Positions 18,544 through 28,771 of a stretch of 64,000 bases of DNA are shown here, piece by piece. Within the stretch, counting starts at the first letter, position 1, and every line of letters starts with the position of its first letter. The translations under genes were made by a program, and so were the position numbers. The notes below the pieces were generated by a model. The model searched no databases. It saw only the letters and a list, made by a program, of their open reading frames with translations, and was not told the DNA's origin. The DNA comes from a virus: IMG/VR virus record IMGVR_UViG_3300000970_000006, one strand, 5' to 3'.

Positions 18544-20148
18544 TTGGCAAAGTCAAGTAATGATTTGATTTTCGGCGTTGAAATAAACCGAGAAAAAAAT
18601 AAAAAAGAAGACAGCAACGTAGCATCTTTTGCGCCACCTACTAAAGACGATGGCGCTGTTCACATATCACACGCTGGTGGTGGCGTTGATGGTTTAAACC
18701 AGGCTCATGCGTTGAGCCTGGAAGTAAACGTTTCTAATGAAGCAGAGTTAATTGAAAAATACAGACAAATTGCATTATATCCTGAATGCGATATGGCAGT
18801 TGAAGAAATAGCTAATCAGGCAATCGTATTAGATGGACCAACTGACCCTGTAACATTAGACCTTCAAAATATACCAGAAAATTTAAAAATACCAGAAAAT
18901 GTTCAAGACAGCATTAGAGAATCTTTTGCTGAAGTGCTTTCATTAATGCAATTCAATCAAAGAGGATTTGAATTATTTAGACGTTGGTATATTGATTCTC
19001 GTTTAGTTCTTCATATAATGGTTGACAAAAGCAAGAAAAAAGAAGGTATTCATTCATTAAGAATGTTAGACCCTCGAAAAATCAAAAAAATCAAAATTAT
19101 TCAGCAAGAAAATCAAAATGGTATTTCTCGTTATAATGTTGATGATGAGTATTATGTTTATCTAAATAAAGCTTCAACTTATAGCAGCACTTTTTCTGGT
19201 GCTCCATTTGGTGATGCTGTGTATGGTAACTCATTAGCGGCACCTGGAAGCGCGCAAGACTTGGTGAAGATAAGTACGGATGCAATTGCATTTTGCCACT
19301 CAGGGCTAGTTGACGTTAATTCAGGTATCATTTATGGTTATTTGCAAAAAACAGTAAAGCGTTTTAATCAGCTTCGAATGATGGAAGATGCAGTAGTTGT
19401 TAATCGTCTTTCAAAAGCAAACGAGCGGCGTATTTTTTATGTTGGTACTGCAAATATGCAGCCAAATGATGCAATACGATACACAAAAAATCTACAAAAT
19501 AGAACACGTAATAAAATAACATATGACGTTAATACAGGCGAATTATCTGATACAAGAAAAGTATTAGCGCTTCGTGAAGATATGTGGCTTCCTAGAATGG
19601 GAGATGGCAGGTCAACTGAAGTCGACACGCTTCCTGCTGGCGCAAATTTTGGCGATATTGATGATTTGCTTTATTTCAAAAATGAATTGTATAAAACTTT
19701 AAATATTCCTGTTTCGCGTTTTAAAGAAGAATCAATAAATGCGTTTTTAGGTGGCGGCGGAGAAATTAGTCAAGAAGAATTAAAATTTTCTAAATTTGTA
19801 AATCGTGTTCGTGTGCAGTTTTCGTCTATTTTTCATCAACTTCTTCGTGTTCAATTAGTATTAAAACAAGTTGTTACAGAAGAAGAATGGGAAGAATTTG
19901 AATCATTTATTAAATACGATTTTGCAGATGATGGATTCTGGGCTGAAGCTAGAGACGGTGAAATTCTAAAAAATCGAATTGATTTACTGTCAACAGTTCA
20001 AGACCATATTGGTACCATGTATTCAATGGAATGGGTACGTAAAAACGTATTGCGCATGACTGATGAAGAAACAAAAGACATGCAAGATCAAATTGATAAA
20101 GAGATAAAAGACGGTACTATAAATAAAGAAGATGAAGAGGAATTTTAA
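18544..20148 (+). CDS. portal vertex protein (T4 gp20)
   Basis: FRRWYIDSR, NQLRMMEDAVVVNR, ERRIFY, EDMWLPR..GRSTEVDTLP, ELKFSKF; TATAGATA at 18511-18518. Confidence 0.97.
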   Translation: MAKSSNDLIFGVEINREKNKKEDSNVASFAPPTKDDGAVHISHAGGGVDGLNQAHALSLEVNVSNEAELIEKYRQIALYPECDMAVEEIANQAIVLDGPTDPVTLDLQNIPENLKIPENVQDSIRESFAEVLSLMQFNQRGFELFRRWYIDSRLVLHIMVDKSKKKEGIHSLRMLDPRKIKKIKIIQQENQNGISRYNVDDEYYVYLNKASTYSSTFSGAPFGDAVYGNSLAAPGSAQDLVKISTDAIAFCHSGLVDVNSGIIYGYLQKTVKRFNQLRMMEDAVVVNRLSKANERRIFYVGTANMQPNDAIRYTKNLQNRTRNKITYDVNTGELSDTRKVLALREDMWLPRMGDGRSTEVDTLPAGANFGDIDDLLYFKNELYKTLNIPVSRFKEESINAFLGGGGEISQEELKFSKFVNRVRVQFSSIFHQLLRVQLVLKQVVTEEEWEEFESFIKYDFADDGFWAEARDGEILKNRIDLLSTVQDHIGTMYSMEWVRKNVLRMTDEETKDMQDQIDKEIKDGTINKEDEEEF

Positions 20149-20288
20149 TGAGTAATACATTCACAGGTCAAATTATTAAATCGGCTTTAGAAAATAAAAT
20201 TGAAGATGTTCGTGCAAATATTCAAGCATCTTTAAGTGTCAAAGCTACCAAAGAAATTCAAAAAATTGAAATAAATAACAATGAGTAA
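20148..20288 (+). CDS. small prohead core protein (gp67-like by position)
   Basis: Hand translation MSNTFTGQIIKSALENKIEDVRANIQASLSVKATKEIQKIEINNNE; coupled to gp20 and gp21. Confidence 0.55.
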   Translation: MSNTFTGQIIKSALENKIEDVRANIQASLSVKATKEIQKIEINNNE

Positions 20289-20928
20289 ATTATTAATTGA
20301 AGATAGCCGCCATGGTACAGAACATCGTTTAGAAGTACTAAACGAAACAGTAAAAGGTAAAAAAACTACTTTTATTGAAGGTATTTTTGCACAAGCTGAA
20401 GTTCAAAATGGTAATAAGCGCGTATATCCAAATAGTGTTCTAGGACCTGAAGTAGAACGTTATATTGAAAAATATGTGAAAACTAATCGTGCTATTGGCG
20501 AATTAAATCATCCAGAACATCCAACACCAAATCCAGAAAGAGCTAGTCATCTTGTGACAGAGCTAAAAATGGAAGGTAATAATGCAATTGGTCGAGCAGC
20601 GGTATTAAATAATATGCCTTGTGGCGAAATGGTTAAAGCTCTTTTAGAAAATGGAGTCAATATCGGCGTATCAACTAGAGGTTTAGGCTCAACCAAAAAA
20701 GTCCAGGGTATAGATACAGTTGACCAATACTCAATGTACGCGATTGATGTTGTGGCGGACCCATCAGCTCCTGACGCCTTTGTAAAAGGTATAATGGAAG
20801 GACTTGATAGAATAGCTGAGCAAAACAATATATCAGGCGTTGTTATTGATGAATTGCTCAAAGAAGAAATTGACGAAATGACACGGGCCAAATCCATTAT
20901 TAATTTTATTGGCCGTCTATCGAAGTAA
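20281..20928 (+). CDS. prohead protease (T4 gp21)
   Basis: IEGIFAQAEVQNGNKRVY, GELNHP, GVSTRGLGS, DVVADPSAPDA. Confidence 0.97.
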   Translation: MSKLLIEDSRHGTEHRLEVLNETVKGKKTTFIEGIFAQAEVQNGNKRVYPNSVLGPEVERYIEKYVKTNRAIGELNHPEHPTPNPERASHLVTELKMEGNNAIGRAAVLNNMPCGEMVKALLENGVNIGVSTRGLGSTKKVQGIDTVDQYSMYAIDVVADPSAPDAFVKGIMEGLDRIAEQNNISGVVIDELLKEEIDEMTRAKSIINFIGRLSK

Positions 20929-20937
20929 AAAGGATAA

Positions 20938-22575
20938 ATGAGAATGCTCATTGAAATGTTGAAAGCGGTTCCGCGTCAGAGAATCTCTAAAATCGAAAAT
21001 CAATATGTTTTCGATCTATCAGAAGAATTTAATGGCACGAGTGCTGTTATTATTGAAGATATTACACCTGAAATTATTGCTGAATTAAATGAAGCAAAAA
21101 TGTTTGAGGATGCTGAACATCTTCAAGCTCTTTTAGACATCGTTAGCGAAATGAAAGCTAAGAAAAAAGATGAAATGAAAGATGACGATGGTGAAGACGA
21201 CGACAAAAAAGACGAAACTATCGATACTAATGACAAAGGTGAATTAGGTAAAGATAAAGGCAAGTCTAAAGACGTTGTTAATGAAGATGATGACGATGGT
21301 GAAGACGACGACAAAAAAGACGAAATGAAAAAAATAAAAAGACCTGTTAAAAAAGAACCGGTCGATATGTCAGATGATGGTTCTTCTAAAGAAGGAAAAT
21401 CAAAAGCGCCTCGTACTAAAAATAATTCGCGAGCTCATAACGAAGATGATATGTCAGACGATGATAAATCAAAATCTAAAAAAGATGATGACGTGGATGT
21501 AAAAGAATCCATTGAATTAGACGAACTTGCTATCGCAGAATCAATTAAACAAGAACTTATTGAAGAAGGTCTTTGGGCCACTCCTGATTTATCAGATGAG
21601 CAGATTGAAGCACGAAAATCAATAGTTGAAAATGCTAAAACTCGCGCAAGACGAGCTAATGGTGAACGTGAACTTGCTGTCGAATTAACAGTTGAAAATC
21701 TTGATGAGCTTTCAGATATGATTGCTGAAACAGGTTTAATAGCTGAAGATATTAGTGACAATCGCGTACGTATTAAATTTGACGAAGCTGATTTTGACGA
21801 CTTAGCTAAAATATTTGGTGAAGAAGTTCAAGGGGTTAAATATCATTTCAATATGGTTGACCCTGAAACTGACAAATCTCTATCAACTGTATTTGAGTCA
21901 TTAGGATTAAGTGAAGAATCTAAAGATGCTATCGCTATTTCTTTTGAAGCTGCGGTTAACGAAAAAACTAATATTCAAATGGCTTCAATTAATGAGTCAA
22001 TCGATGCAAAAGTTGAAGAAAAAGTTCAAATTGCTTTAGAAGCTATTGACGAAGTTCTTGAAGAAAGTATTCAAGAATGGATAGCTGAAAATAAACCAGC
22101 TGCTCTTGAAGCTGTAAAAGCTAAGAGTCTTTCTGAAGCATTTGAATCAATCAAGACAATTCTTGAAGATACTGGTGTTTCAATCAGTGAAGATAGTTCT
22201 AAACTACTTGATGAAATGGCTGAAGAAAACACCATACTACGTGCAAGTATAAAAGAACTTCAAGAATCACAAATTCAAGAAAAAACAAGCGAAGTTGAAG
22301 AAATCTGTGAAGGTGTTGCAAATGAACTTAAATTAAGTGAAATGCAAACAGCTAAATTGGTTAAAATGTCTGAAGGTTTTACCGGTGACAATCTTGAGCA
22401 TCGTATCGATACATTGGCTCGTACAGTCTTTGCAAAAAAATCTTCTGGTGTTCTCTTAGAGGATAACGGAAGTCATGATGACGCTGATTTAGATGGTGGA
22501 TTTATGCGTAAACCCGAAGATAATGATGATACTAGAGCCGCGGCATTGCTAAAACGCTCTAAAATCTCATTTTAA
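20938..22575 (+). CDS. prohead scaffolding protein (T4 gp22-like) with a long charged N-terminal extension
   Basis: Between gp21 and gp23; LSEESK...FEAAV and EWIAENK motifs in the C-terminal half. Confidence 0.85.
   Translation: MRMLIEMLKAVPRQRISKIENQYVFDLSEEFNGTSAVIIEDITPEIIAELNEAKMFEDAEHLQALLDIVSEMKAKKKDEMKDDDGEDDDKKDETIDTNDKGELGKDKGKSKDVVNEDDDDGEDDDKKDEMKKIKRPVKKEPVDMSDDGSSKEGKSKAPRTKNNSRAHNEDDMSDDDKSKSKKDDDVDVKESIELDELAIAESIKQELIEEGLWATPDLSDEQIEARKSIVENAKTRARRANGERELAVELTVENLDELSDMIAETGLIAEDISDNRVRIKFDEADFDDLAKIFGEEVQGVKYHFNMVDPETDKSLSTVFESLGLSEESKDAIAISFEAAVNEKTNIQMASINESIDAKVEEKVQIALEAIDEVLEESIQEWIAENKPAALEAVKAKSLSEAFESIKTILEDTGVSISEDSSKLLDEMAEENTILRASIKELQESQIQEKTSEVEEICEGVANELKLSEMQTAKLVKMSEGFTGDNLEHRIDTLARTVFAKKSSGVLLEDNGSHDDADLDGGFMRKPEDNDDTRAAALLKRSKISF
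21181..21325 (+). repeat. exact 37-bp direct repeat inside the scaffold gene
   Basis: GATGACGATGGTGAAGACGACGACAAAAAAGACGAAA at 21181-21217 and 21289-21325 (DDDGEDDDKKDE twice). Confidence 0.9.
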
Positions 22576-22612
22576 TACATACTAACAGGACAAACTAGGG
22601 AGTTTCCTCATT

Positions 22613-23923
22613 ATGAACCTGCAACAATATATGGCCGAACAACAAGGCGTCGTTAAGAAGTGGGAAAATACCCTCTTGTCAGAAGACGCACCGGCAATCC
22701 GTAACACATACCGTTTGACTCAAACGGCTCTTATGCTTGAACAACAGCAGAAATTCAACAAAGATGCATCCGATCTTATGTTGGAAACTGGTTCAACTAA
22801 CGTAGCTGCAAATATTGCTCGTTGGGACCCAGTTCTTGTTTCTATGGTTCGTCGTGCTGCGCCTGTACTTATGGCGTTTGATTTCGGTGGCGTTCAAACA
22901 CTAACACAACCTTCTGGTCTCATCTTTACGATGGCTGCTTATTATGGCGATGACCAAACAACTGAAGCATTGTTTAATGCTCCTGACACTGCATTCACTG
23001 GCCAAGGTACTGCTGACGCAGACGTAGGTGGCGGCGCAGGCGATGGTGCTGTTGCCGATGCTGCTGAAGACCCATTTGCGGCTCTTTATTCAACTGGTCG
23101 TGGTATGCCAACTGCTACTGCAGAAGGTGATATTTCGGCTGAAATGAACTTCAAAATTGACAAGATACTTGTTGAGCCAAAAGAGCGCCAGCTTAAAGGT
23201 TCTTACACAGTTGAATTGCAACAAGATATGCGCGTACAGCATAACATGGATGCAGAGACTGAGTTAGCAAATATCATGTCTACTGAGCTACTTGCAGAAA
23301 TCAACCGCGAATTCGTTCGTCAGTTGTTTATCTCTGCTAAACTTGGTGCTGAAAATACTGATACACCTGGTACATTCGATCTTGCGTCTGATGCTGATGG
23401 TCGTTGGTCAGTTGAAAAATGGAAAACATTGTCTTTCCAAATCGGCTTAGAAGCTAACAAGATTGGTACTGAAGTACGTCGTGGTCTTGGTAATAAAATC
23501 CTAGCATCTCCTGATGTTATCACTGCACTGCATATGGCTGGTGCACTTGATACAGGTGGCGCAACATCACATAATGCTGAACTTGGTAATATGGACCACA
23601 CACAATCAACATTTGTTGGTCGTATGCACGGTCGTTATGACGTTCACGTTGACCCTTATACAACTATCACGAACGCTGTTCTTGTTGGTTATAAAGGCCA
23701 AAACGATTGGGATGCAGGCATTTATTACTGCCCATACACACCGTTCCAAATGCTTCGTGCAGTGAATGACCAGTCATTCCAGCCGCGCATCGCATACAAA
23801 ACTCGCTATGGCATGGTTTCAAACCCTGTTGTTAAGAAAGGCGATGGTTCTCGTGACGGTATGGACTTGACTCCAGCAATTAACCCTTACTTCCGTAAGT
23901 TTAAAGTTGGTAATCTTATCTAA
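22613..23923 (+). CDS. major capsid protein (T4 gp23)
   Basis: DPVLVSMVRRA, RQLKGSYTVELQQD, EINRE, GRWSVEKWK, YYCPY, FQPRIAYKTRYG; AATACATA at 22574-22581. Confidence 0.98.
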   Translation: MNLQQYMAEQQGVVKKWENTLLSEDAPAIRNTYRLTQTALMLEQQQKFNKDASDLMLETGSTNVAANIARWDPVLVSMVRRAAPVLMAFDFGGVQTLTQPSGLIFTMAAYYGDDQTTEALFNAPDTAFTGQGTADADVGGGAGDGAVADAAEDPFAALYSTGRGMPTATAEGDISAEMNFKIDKILVEPKERQLKGSYTVELQQDMRVQHNMDAETELANIMSTELLAEINREFVRQLFISAKLGAENTDTPGTFDLASDADGRWSVEKWKTLSFQIGLEANKIGTEVRRGLGNKILASPDVITALHMAGALDTGGATSHNAELGNMDHTQSTFVGRMHGRYDVHVDPYTTITNAVLVGYKGQNDWDAGIYYCPYTPFQMLRAVNDQSFQPRIAYKTRYGMVSNPVVKKGDGSRDGMDLTPAINPYFRKFKVGNLI

Positions 23924-23951
23924 TAAGACAACAACTTAACGGTTTAAATTT

Positions 23952-23985
23952 AGCCCAGGCTTCTTTACGAGGCCTGGGTTTTTTT
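23952..23985 (+). terminator. intrinsic terminator after gp23
   Basis: CCCAGGC...GCCTGGG stem followed by a T-run. Confidence 0.85.
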
Positions 23986-23989
23986 ATAT

Positions 23990-24475
23990 TTGATAACATG
24001 TTTATCAAAGGAGAAAATGATGGAACGCAATTATACTATAGAAGAAATGTCGAAACTATTAAAAGTTCCACAACATTGTTTTGTTGAAGCTATAACATAC
24101 CCGGAAAAATTTACTACTAATATTAGTTTAACAATATCTGAAGAAGATAAGCAAATCATTAAAGTAGGAAATGATATACAAGACAAATATGGAAAAGACG
24201 AGTATTATCGTGAATGGGCGAAAAAAATACCTGCAATACAATTTCCTCCTTCATGGCAAGTACAACTATTAGGACCATTCGGCGGTGCAATGGTTCGTTT
24301 TTACGTTAATAATAAAATATCTGTATATTTAGATTGCAATGAATCTTTAGGTTATTTTGGGCAGCCTTATTGGGAAATATATCCATACGATGGTGATACG
24401 CTTCGTATTCCGATGGATGATATAGAAGGTTTAATAAAAGGTATAAAACAGGCTTTAAAAGAATATGATGAATAA
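23990..24475 (+). CDS. hypothetical protein
   Basis: ORF with AAGGAG SD near the start; ISVYLD...PYWEIYP motif. Confidence 0.7.
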   Translation: MITCLSKEKMMERNYTIEEMSKLLKVPQHCFVEAITYPEKFTTNISLTISEEDKQIIKVGNDIQDKYGKDEYYREWAKKIPAIQFPPSWQVQLLGPFGGAMVRFYVNNKISVYLDCNESLGYFGQPYWEIYPYDGDTLRIPMDDIEGLIKGIKQALKEYDE

Positions 24476-24496
24476 AGATGGATATGGATTAATATA

Positions 24497-24766
24497 ATGT
24501 TTAATTGGTTTCGAAAAAAAGAAAAAATAAATGAAGTCGTAGAAGAAAGCAATATCAGTGGTATAGATGCTTATCCTTATGCATCAGGAGAAATTCCTGC
24601 TGTTGGCGACTTAATATCATATGGCTCTAGAAACATACGATTTTTAATAACAAATATTCATGAAGTTGCAGATGAATATTACATTGTATCAGGTGATAGA
24701 GAAATAGACCCTGCGCTATGTGTTTTAATTGGTCGAATGGAATTTTCAAATGACCTAAATCAATAG
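24497..24766 (+). CDS. hypothetical protein
   Basis: 89 aa ORF. Confidence 0.55.
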   Translation: MFNWFRKKEKINEVVEESNISGIDAYPYASGEIPAVGDLISYGSRNIRFLITNIHEVADEYYIVSGDREIDPALCVLIGRMEFSNDLNQ

Positions 24767-24802
24767 ATATATGTAAGAAAATACATATCTGGATTTATTA
24801 TT

Positions 24803-25090
24803 ATGCAGCATACATTTACCGCCGATGATACGTGGGTAACAAGAAAAAAATTCTTTACAAATAGAAGTAAAAAAATACTAAAATATTCTGGTGATTTAGG
24901 TGGAGGAACTCTTAGAATATATTCCGAGTCATACGGTTTCGTTACACCGGTTCCTGATTCAAAATTAAGCATTGATACTGTTGATAGTAATGGCGATGCA
25001 ATTCAAGAAATTGTGTTTCTAACAACAGGTAAAATGATTATAGAATTAACAGGCTCAACAAATCCTAATGTAACGGTAATGGTATTATGA
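24803..25090 (+). CDS. small beta-rich protein, possibly virion-associated
   Basis: Late-type AATAGATA at 24762-24769; ATGA overlap with the deacetylase gene. Confidence 0.6.
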   Translation: MQHTFTADDTWVTRKKFFTNRSKKILKYSGDLGGGTLRIYSESYGFVTPVPDSKLSIDTVDSNGDAIQEIVFLTTGKMIIELTGSTNPNVTVMVL

Positions 25091-26343
25091 CAACAAGTTT
25101 AAATTTATTTAGAACAACTAGTATCAGCAGAACATCTCAATCATCAACTAAAGATGTTGGAGATGTATTAACACGTTCAGTAAATTTATTGTCGAACAAT
25201 AAAGGTTTTAAGTGTATAACCACTTTTCAAAATGGACATAACTGGTATACAGGTTCAGGCGGAACGTTTGTTGAAAATGACACGAATGATTTTGCAATAG
25301 GAAATCAATGTGTTAGCATATCACATGATGGCAACAAATATATAAGAAACGTCACTATTCCTAATATTGATTTTACGAATAAAGTAATAGGTGTACTTTT
25401 AAAAATTAATAATACAAACGATCTTTCCGATTTATCAATTTACGTTGGAAACAATACTTCTAATTTCGTTCGATACGATAGCATTCAAGGAAGTCAAGGC
25501 GCTAAATACATTCGTGATAATGAATGGAGCATGATAACATTAAGTCAAGGTGAAGATAGTACTATTACCGGTTCACCTGACTTAACTAATGTTGAATTTT
25601 TGCAAATTAGAATAGCATCAAACGGTTCTACTGTTGACGCAAGTTTTAATGGATTTTTCATATTTGACCAAGCTTCAGAAGCAAGACTCTCAATATCATT
25701 TGATGATGGTTATGAAAGCATTTACACCTTAGGAAAACGTGAATTAGATAAATACATGCTTCCTGCAACTGTTTATATGGTACCTAGTTACATGGACCAA
25801 TCAGGAAGATTATCTAAAATTCAATTAGATAAAATGAAAGAAGATGGTTGGGAAATAGGTGGACATCAGCCAGGAAATAATCAAAAAGAATTAACATCTT
25901 CACAATTGCATGAATCGTTTAAAGAAGTTATAAAATGGTCAAATGACAATGATTATAATATTACATCATACGCTTACCCAGGTGGCGAATGGGCTTCTTT
26001 AGATTCAGAACCTTTAATTTCAGTTCGAGACATAGCACAGCAATATTTTGATAATGCTCGTGTTATTTTTAGAGGCAATCAAGAAACTCTTCCAGTATCA
26101 GATTTGCATAAATTAAGAGTTTATTATATTACTGATAATACTCCTGCTGAAGTGCAAGCGGCTATTAATAAAGCAATTGCAAATGGCGAATGGGTTCATT
26201 TAGTATTTCACAATATTGTTGAATCAGGAGCAACGTTGACAACAGAATACAATGTTGCTGACTTTAGCGCAATATGCCAAATAGTTAATGATTCTGATAT
26301 TCGAGTTGGTACTGTTGAACAGGTGCTAAAAGATTATACTTGA
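25087..26343 (+). CDS. polysaccharide deacetylase (NodB/CE4) with an N-terminal beta-sandwich region
   Basis: ISFDDG, WEIGGH, YAYPGGE, LVFHNI. Confidence 0.85.
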   Translation: MTTSLNLFRTTSISRTSQSSTKDVGDVLTRSVNLLSNNKGFKCITTFQNGHNWYTGSGGTFVENDTNDFAIGNQCVSISHDGNKYIRNVTIPNIDFTNKVIGVLLKINNTNDLSDLSIYVGNNTSNFVRYDSIQGSQGAKYIRDNEWSMITLSQGEDSTITGSPDLTNVEFLQIRIASNGSTVDASFNGFFIFDQASEARLSISFDDGYESIYTLGKRELDKYMLPATVYMVPSYMDQSGRLSKIQLDKMKEDGWEIGGHQPGNNQKELTSSQLHESFKEVIKWSNDNDYNITSYAYPGGEWASLDSEPLISVRDIAQQYFDNARVIFRGNQETLPVSDLHKLRVYYITDNTPAEVQAAINKAIANGEWVHLVFHNIVESGATLTTEYNVADFSAICQIVNDSDIRVGTVEQVLKDYT

Positions 26344-26648
26344 TTAGGATTGTAAATCCCTCCATCTTTTATACCTTGTTCTTCGCACAGTTTAATAAAC
26401 TCTTCTTTTGTCATGTCTCCTATAATTTCTTGAGGAGACATTTCATCATCTTCATCAGTATCGTCAGCATTTTCTATTTCTAATGGACTAATTTTTATTC
26501 CTAACGAACTTAAACGATGCATTTCGGTATGTGACATATTTTGTAATAACGCATTAACAACAATTTCACCTATTAACTCGAGAGCTGAATCGTGATTTAA
26601 TAACTCAATAATAGTTGCGTCATTAGTAGATTTTAATAAGACTGACAT
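26334..26648 (-). CDS. hypothetical protein
   Basis: 104 aa acidic ORF. Confidence 0.55.
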   Translation of the reverse strand: MSVLLKSTNDATIIELLNHDSALELIGEIVVNALLQNMSHTEMHRLSSLGIKISPLEIENADDTDEDDEMSPQEIIGDMTKEEFIKLCEEQGIKDGGIYNPNQV

Positions 26649-26651
26649 TAT

Positions 26652-27155
26652 TTAACTCCTCAATGTAGACCATTTTTTAATTGCTTCATATGATTCTTCA
26701 AAATCATCCGTATGCAAATATCCTTGTGCTCTAGCGTCATCACCAAACCAATTTAAAATATTGGTTTCATGGTCGTCTAGTAAAAAATCGTGGTGGTGTT
26801 GCTTGAAAATATATTTGTATTTTCCATGCATCATTGGCAAAAACATAAATTTTTGACCTGGGTCAAATGTTTTGAAGAAATTTTCTCGTTTTTGTTTTGC
26901 ACATGATTCATAATTTGATGCAGAACATGCGGTTAAAATAATTGGATTATAGTTTTTGATTAATTCAAAAAACAATTGCGCATTATTCATCGGTGGTAAT
27001 TCAGCAAAAAAGTTTGGATATGAATTAATATTTTTCCATAATTCTTTATCAGATACATTATCATCATCGATATGTTTTCCAAATAAAGTTTGATAATAAC
27101 CAACGAAGTCAAATAAAACTCCATCTAAATCAACAAAAAGATTAGGTTTTTCCAT
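26652..27155 (-). CDS. 5'(3')-deoxyribonucleotidase (HAD family)
   Basis: FVDLDGVLFDF, FFAELPPM, ILTA, LLDD; start placed at MEKPN. Confidence 0.85.
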   Translation of the reverse strand: MEKPNLFVDLDGVLFDFVGYYQTLFGKHIDDDNVSDKELWKNINSYPNFFAELPPMNNAQLFFELIKNYNPIILTACSASNYESCAKQKRENFFKTFDPGQKFMFLPMMHGKYKYIFKQHHHDFLLDDHETNILNWFGDDARAQGYLHTDDFEESYEAIKKWSTLRS

Positions 27156-27486
27156 TTTGTACGTGTCCAATTTTATGTTTTTCAGGAACTTCATCATATG
27201 AAACTTGTTTATTAATTTGATAAATTCCATCAATTTGATATGTTGTATAATAAGCAATTTTTTTACCATCGAAAATATTTTTTATATTTTCAATTTGATT
27301 ACTATTCCAGTAATCTAAAAATATTTCTTGTTCAATAGTAGTTTTAACAAATAAAAAATTAGATTCATTATCATCGTCAATAGGTATTGCAAGACCTACA
27401 TAATAATCGTTACCATTATAACCATAAACCAATTGTGGTTCATCATAATATATGATATCGTTAATATGATTAATGCATTCTATCAT
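27142..27486 (-). CDS. hypothetical protein
   Basis: 114 aa coupled ORF. Confidence 0.55.
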   Translation of the reverse strand: MIECINHINDIIYYDEPQLVYGYNGNDYYVGLAIPIDDDNESNFLFVKTTIEQEIFLDYWNSNQIENIKNIFDGKKIAYYTTYQIDGIYQINKQVSYDEVPEKHKIGHVQNGKT

Positions 27487-27803
27487 GTTTTACCACCAAA
27501 GAATGAACTAATAGTATCAGATGTTTGATTTAATTTCCACGGCTCAATTTTTTCCCAATCATCTTCATTATTAATTTCTTTATACGAAACACCCTCAACT
27601 AAGCCAAATGCTAAATTTAACCCTCTGTCATCACCTTCATAATATTTCTTAACTAAATCTATTGCATATTTGCTATCAGCCAATTCAATTTCCATGGCGC
27701 CAGGAGTTGATTCTATAACTACGCATTTTCTATTGACATCTGCTGTCAATACAACATCTTTGTAGTTTAAAATACCAATTAATAACTTCTGACTCGCATT
27801 CAT
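27483..27803 (-). CDS. hypothetical protein
   Basis: 106 aa ORF, first of a leftward unit. Confidence 0.6.
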   Translation of the reverse strand: MNASQKLLIGILNYKDVVLTADVNRKCVVIESTPGAMEIELADSKYAIDLVKKYYEGDDRGLNLAFGLVEGVSYKEINNEDDWEKIEPWKLNQTSDTISSFFGGKT

Positions 27804-27886
27804 AATCTATTTCTTTCGGGTTTTTATAAATTTGCTTATATAGTAGCACACAAATTAATTTTTAACAATATGAATTATCTAATTAC

Positions 27887-28771
27887 ATGACAATGAATCC
27901 TGCATACGGTGACCTGACTGCATTTCCATACGCTGGAAGCAAAAAGCGTGAACAGAAAAAAATTATTGAACGTATAAATGGAAGTGATGGTTTAAATAAA
28001 AAACTTCGAATTGCTGAACCATTTTTAGGAACTGGTCGTATTAGTTATCTTATAGGAAAACCAAACGAATGTTATGCAAATGACGGTTATTATGAAATAG
28101 CCAATATGATGAATTATGCTCGAGATGATTTTGACAGTGAATTTTGGATTTATGCATCTATGCTGATAACAGAAGACAATAAAAAGCCTGAATTCTTCTA
28201 TGAGCGCAGAGAAGAATACAATAATTTGCTAAAAACGGATTTGCAAACTCCTTTTCGGTCTGCGTTATTTCTATACATTATACATTCATCTCATGGTGGA
28301 ATGATGAGATTTAATCCAAAAACAGGTGCCGTTAATATATCATTTAAAGTCGCATTAGTTCATCCTACTTATACTCGAATGTATAACTTCGATAAAAATA
28401 AAATTGTACTTCAAGAAACAGCACGACGATTTATTGATGAAATTTATTGTGAACACGCTAATAATTGGCTACATGATATGATTGAAAATATAGAATTAGG
28501 TCATATTGATTTTATTTACTGTGACCCGCCTTATGCTAATTCTGGAATGGAATATGGTATGTCTTTCACAGAGGAAGACCGAGAATATATGCACGAACTG
28601 TTAGACAGAATTTATGATGATTATGGTATTCCTTCATTAGTATCTGATTATATTCCATATGAAAGTGCTATCGCTGTAAATGAAACATTTGAAGTATCAG
28701 GCGTTATGGGTCATGTTCGTGGAGTCACTAAAAAGAAAAAATTAAATTATATGATAACTAGAGGTCTTTAA
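27887..28771 (+). CDS. Dam-family (D12 class) DNA adenine methyltransferase
   Basis: YAGSK, EPFLGTG, YAND, GGMMRFN, FIYCDPPY. Confidence 0.88.
   Translation: MTMNPAYGDLTAFPYAGSKKREQKKIIERINGSDGLNKKLRIAEPFLGTGRISYLIGKPNECYANDGYYEIANMMNYARDDFDSEFWIYASMLITEDNKKPEFFYERREEYNNLLKTDLQTPFRSALFLYIIHSSHGGMMRFNPKTGAVNISFKVALVHPTYTRMYNFDKNKIVLQETARRFIDEIYCEHANNWLHDMIENIELGHIDFIYCDPPYANSGMEYGMSFTEEDREYMHELLDRIYDDYGIPSLVSDYIPYESAIAVNETFEVSGVMGHVRGVTKKKKLNYMITRGL

Noticed and set aside
22587-22612. Hairpin covering the SD of the major capsid gene
   Set aside because: The stem is short and AT-rich; it cannot be told from chance without folding and conservation data.
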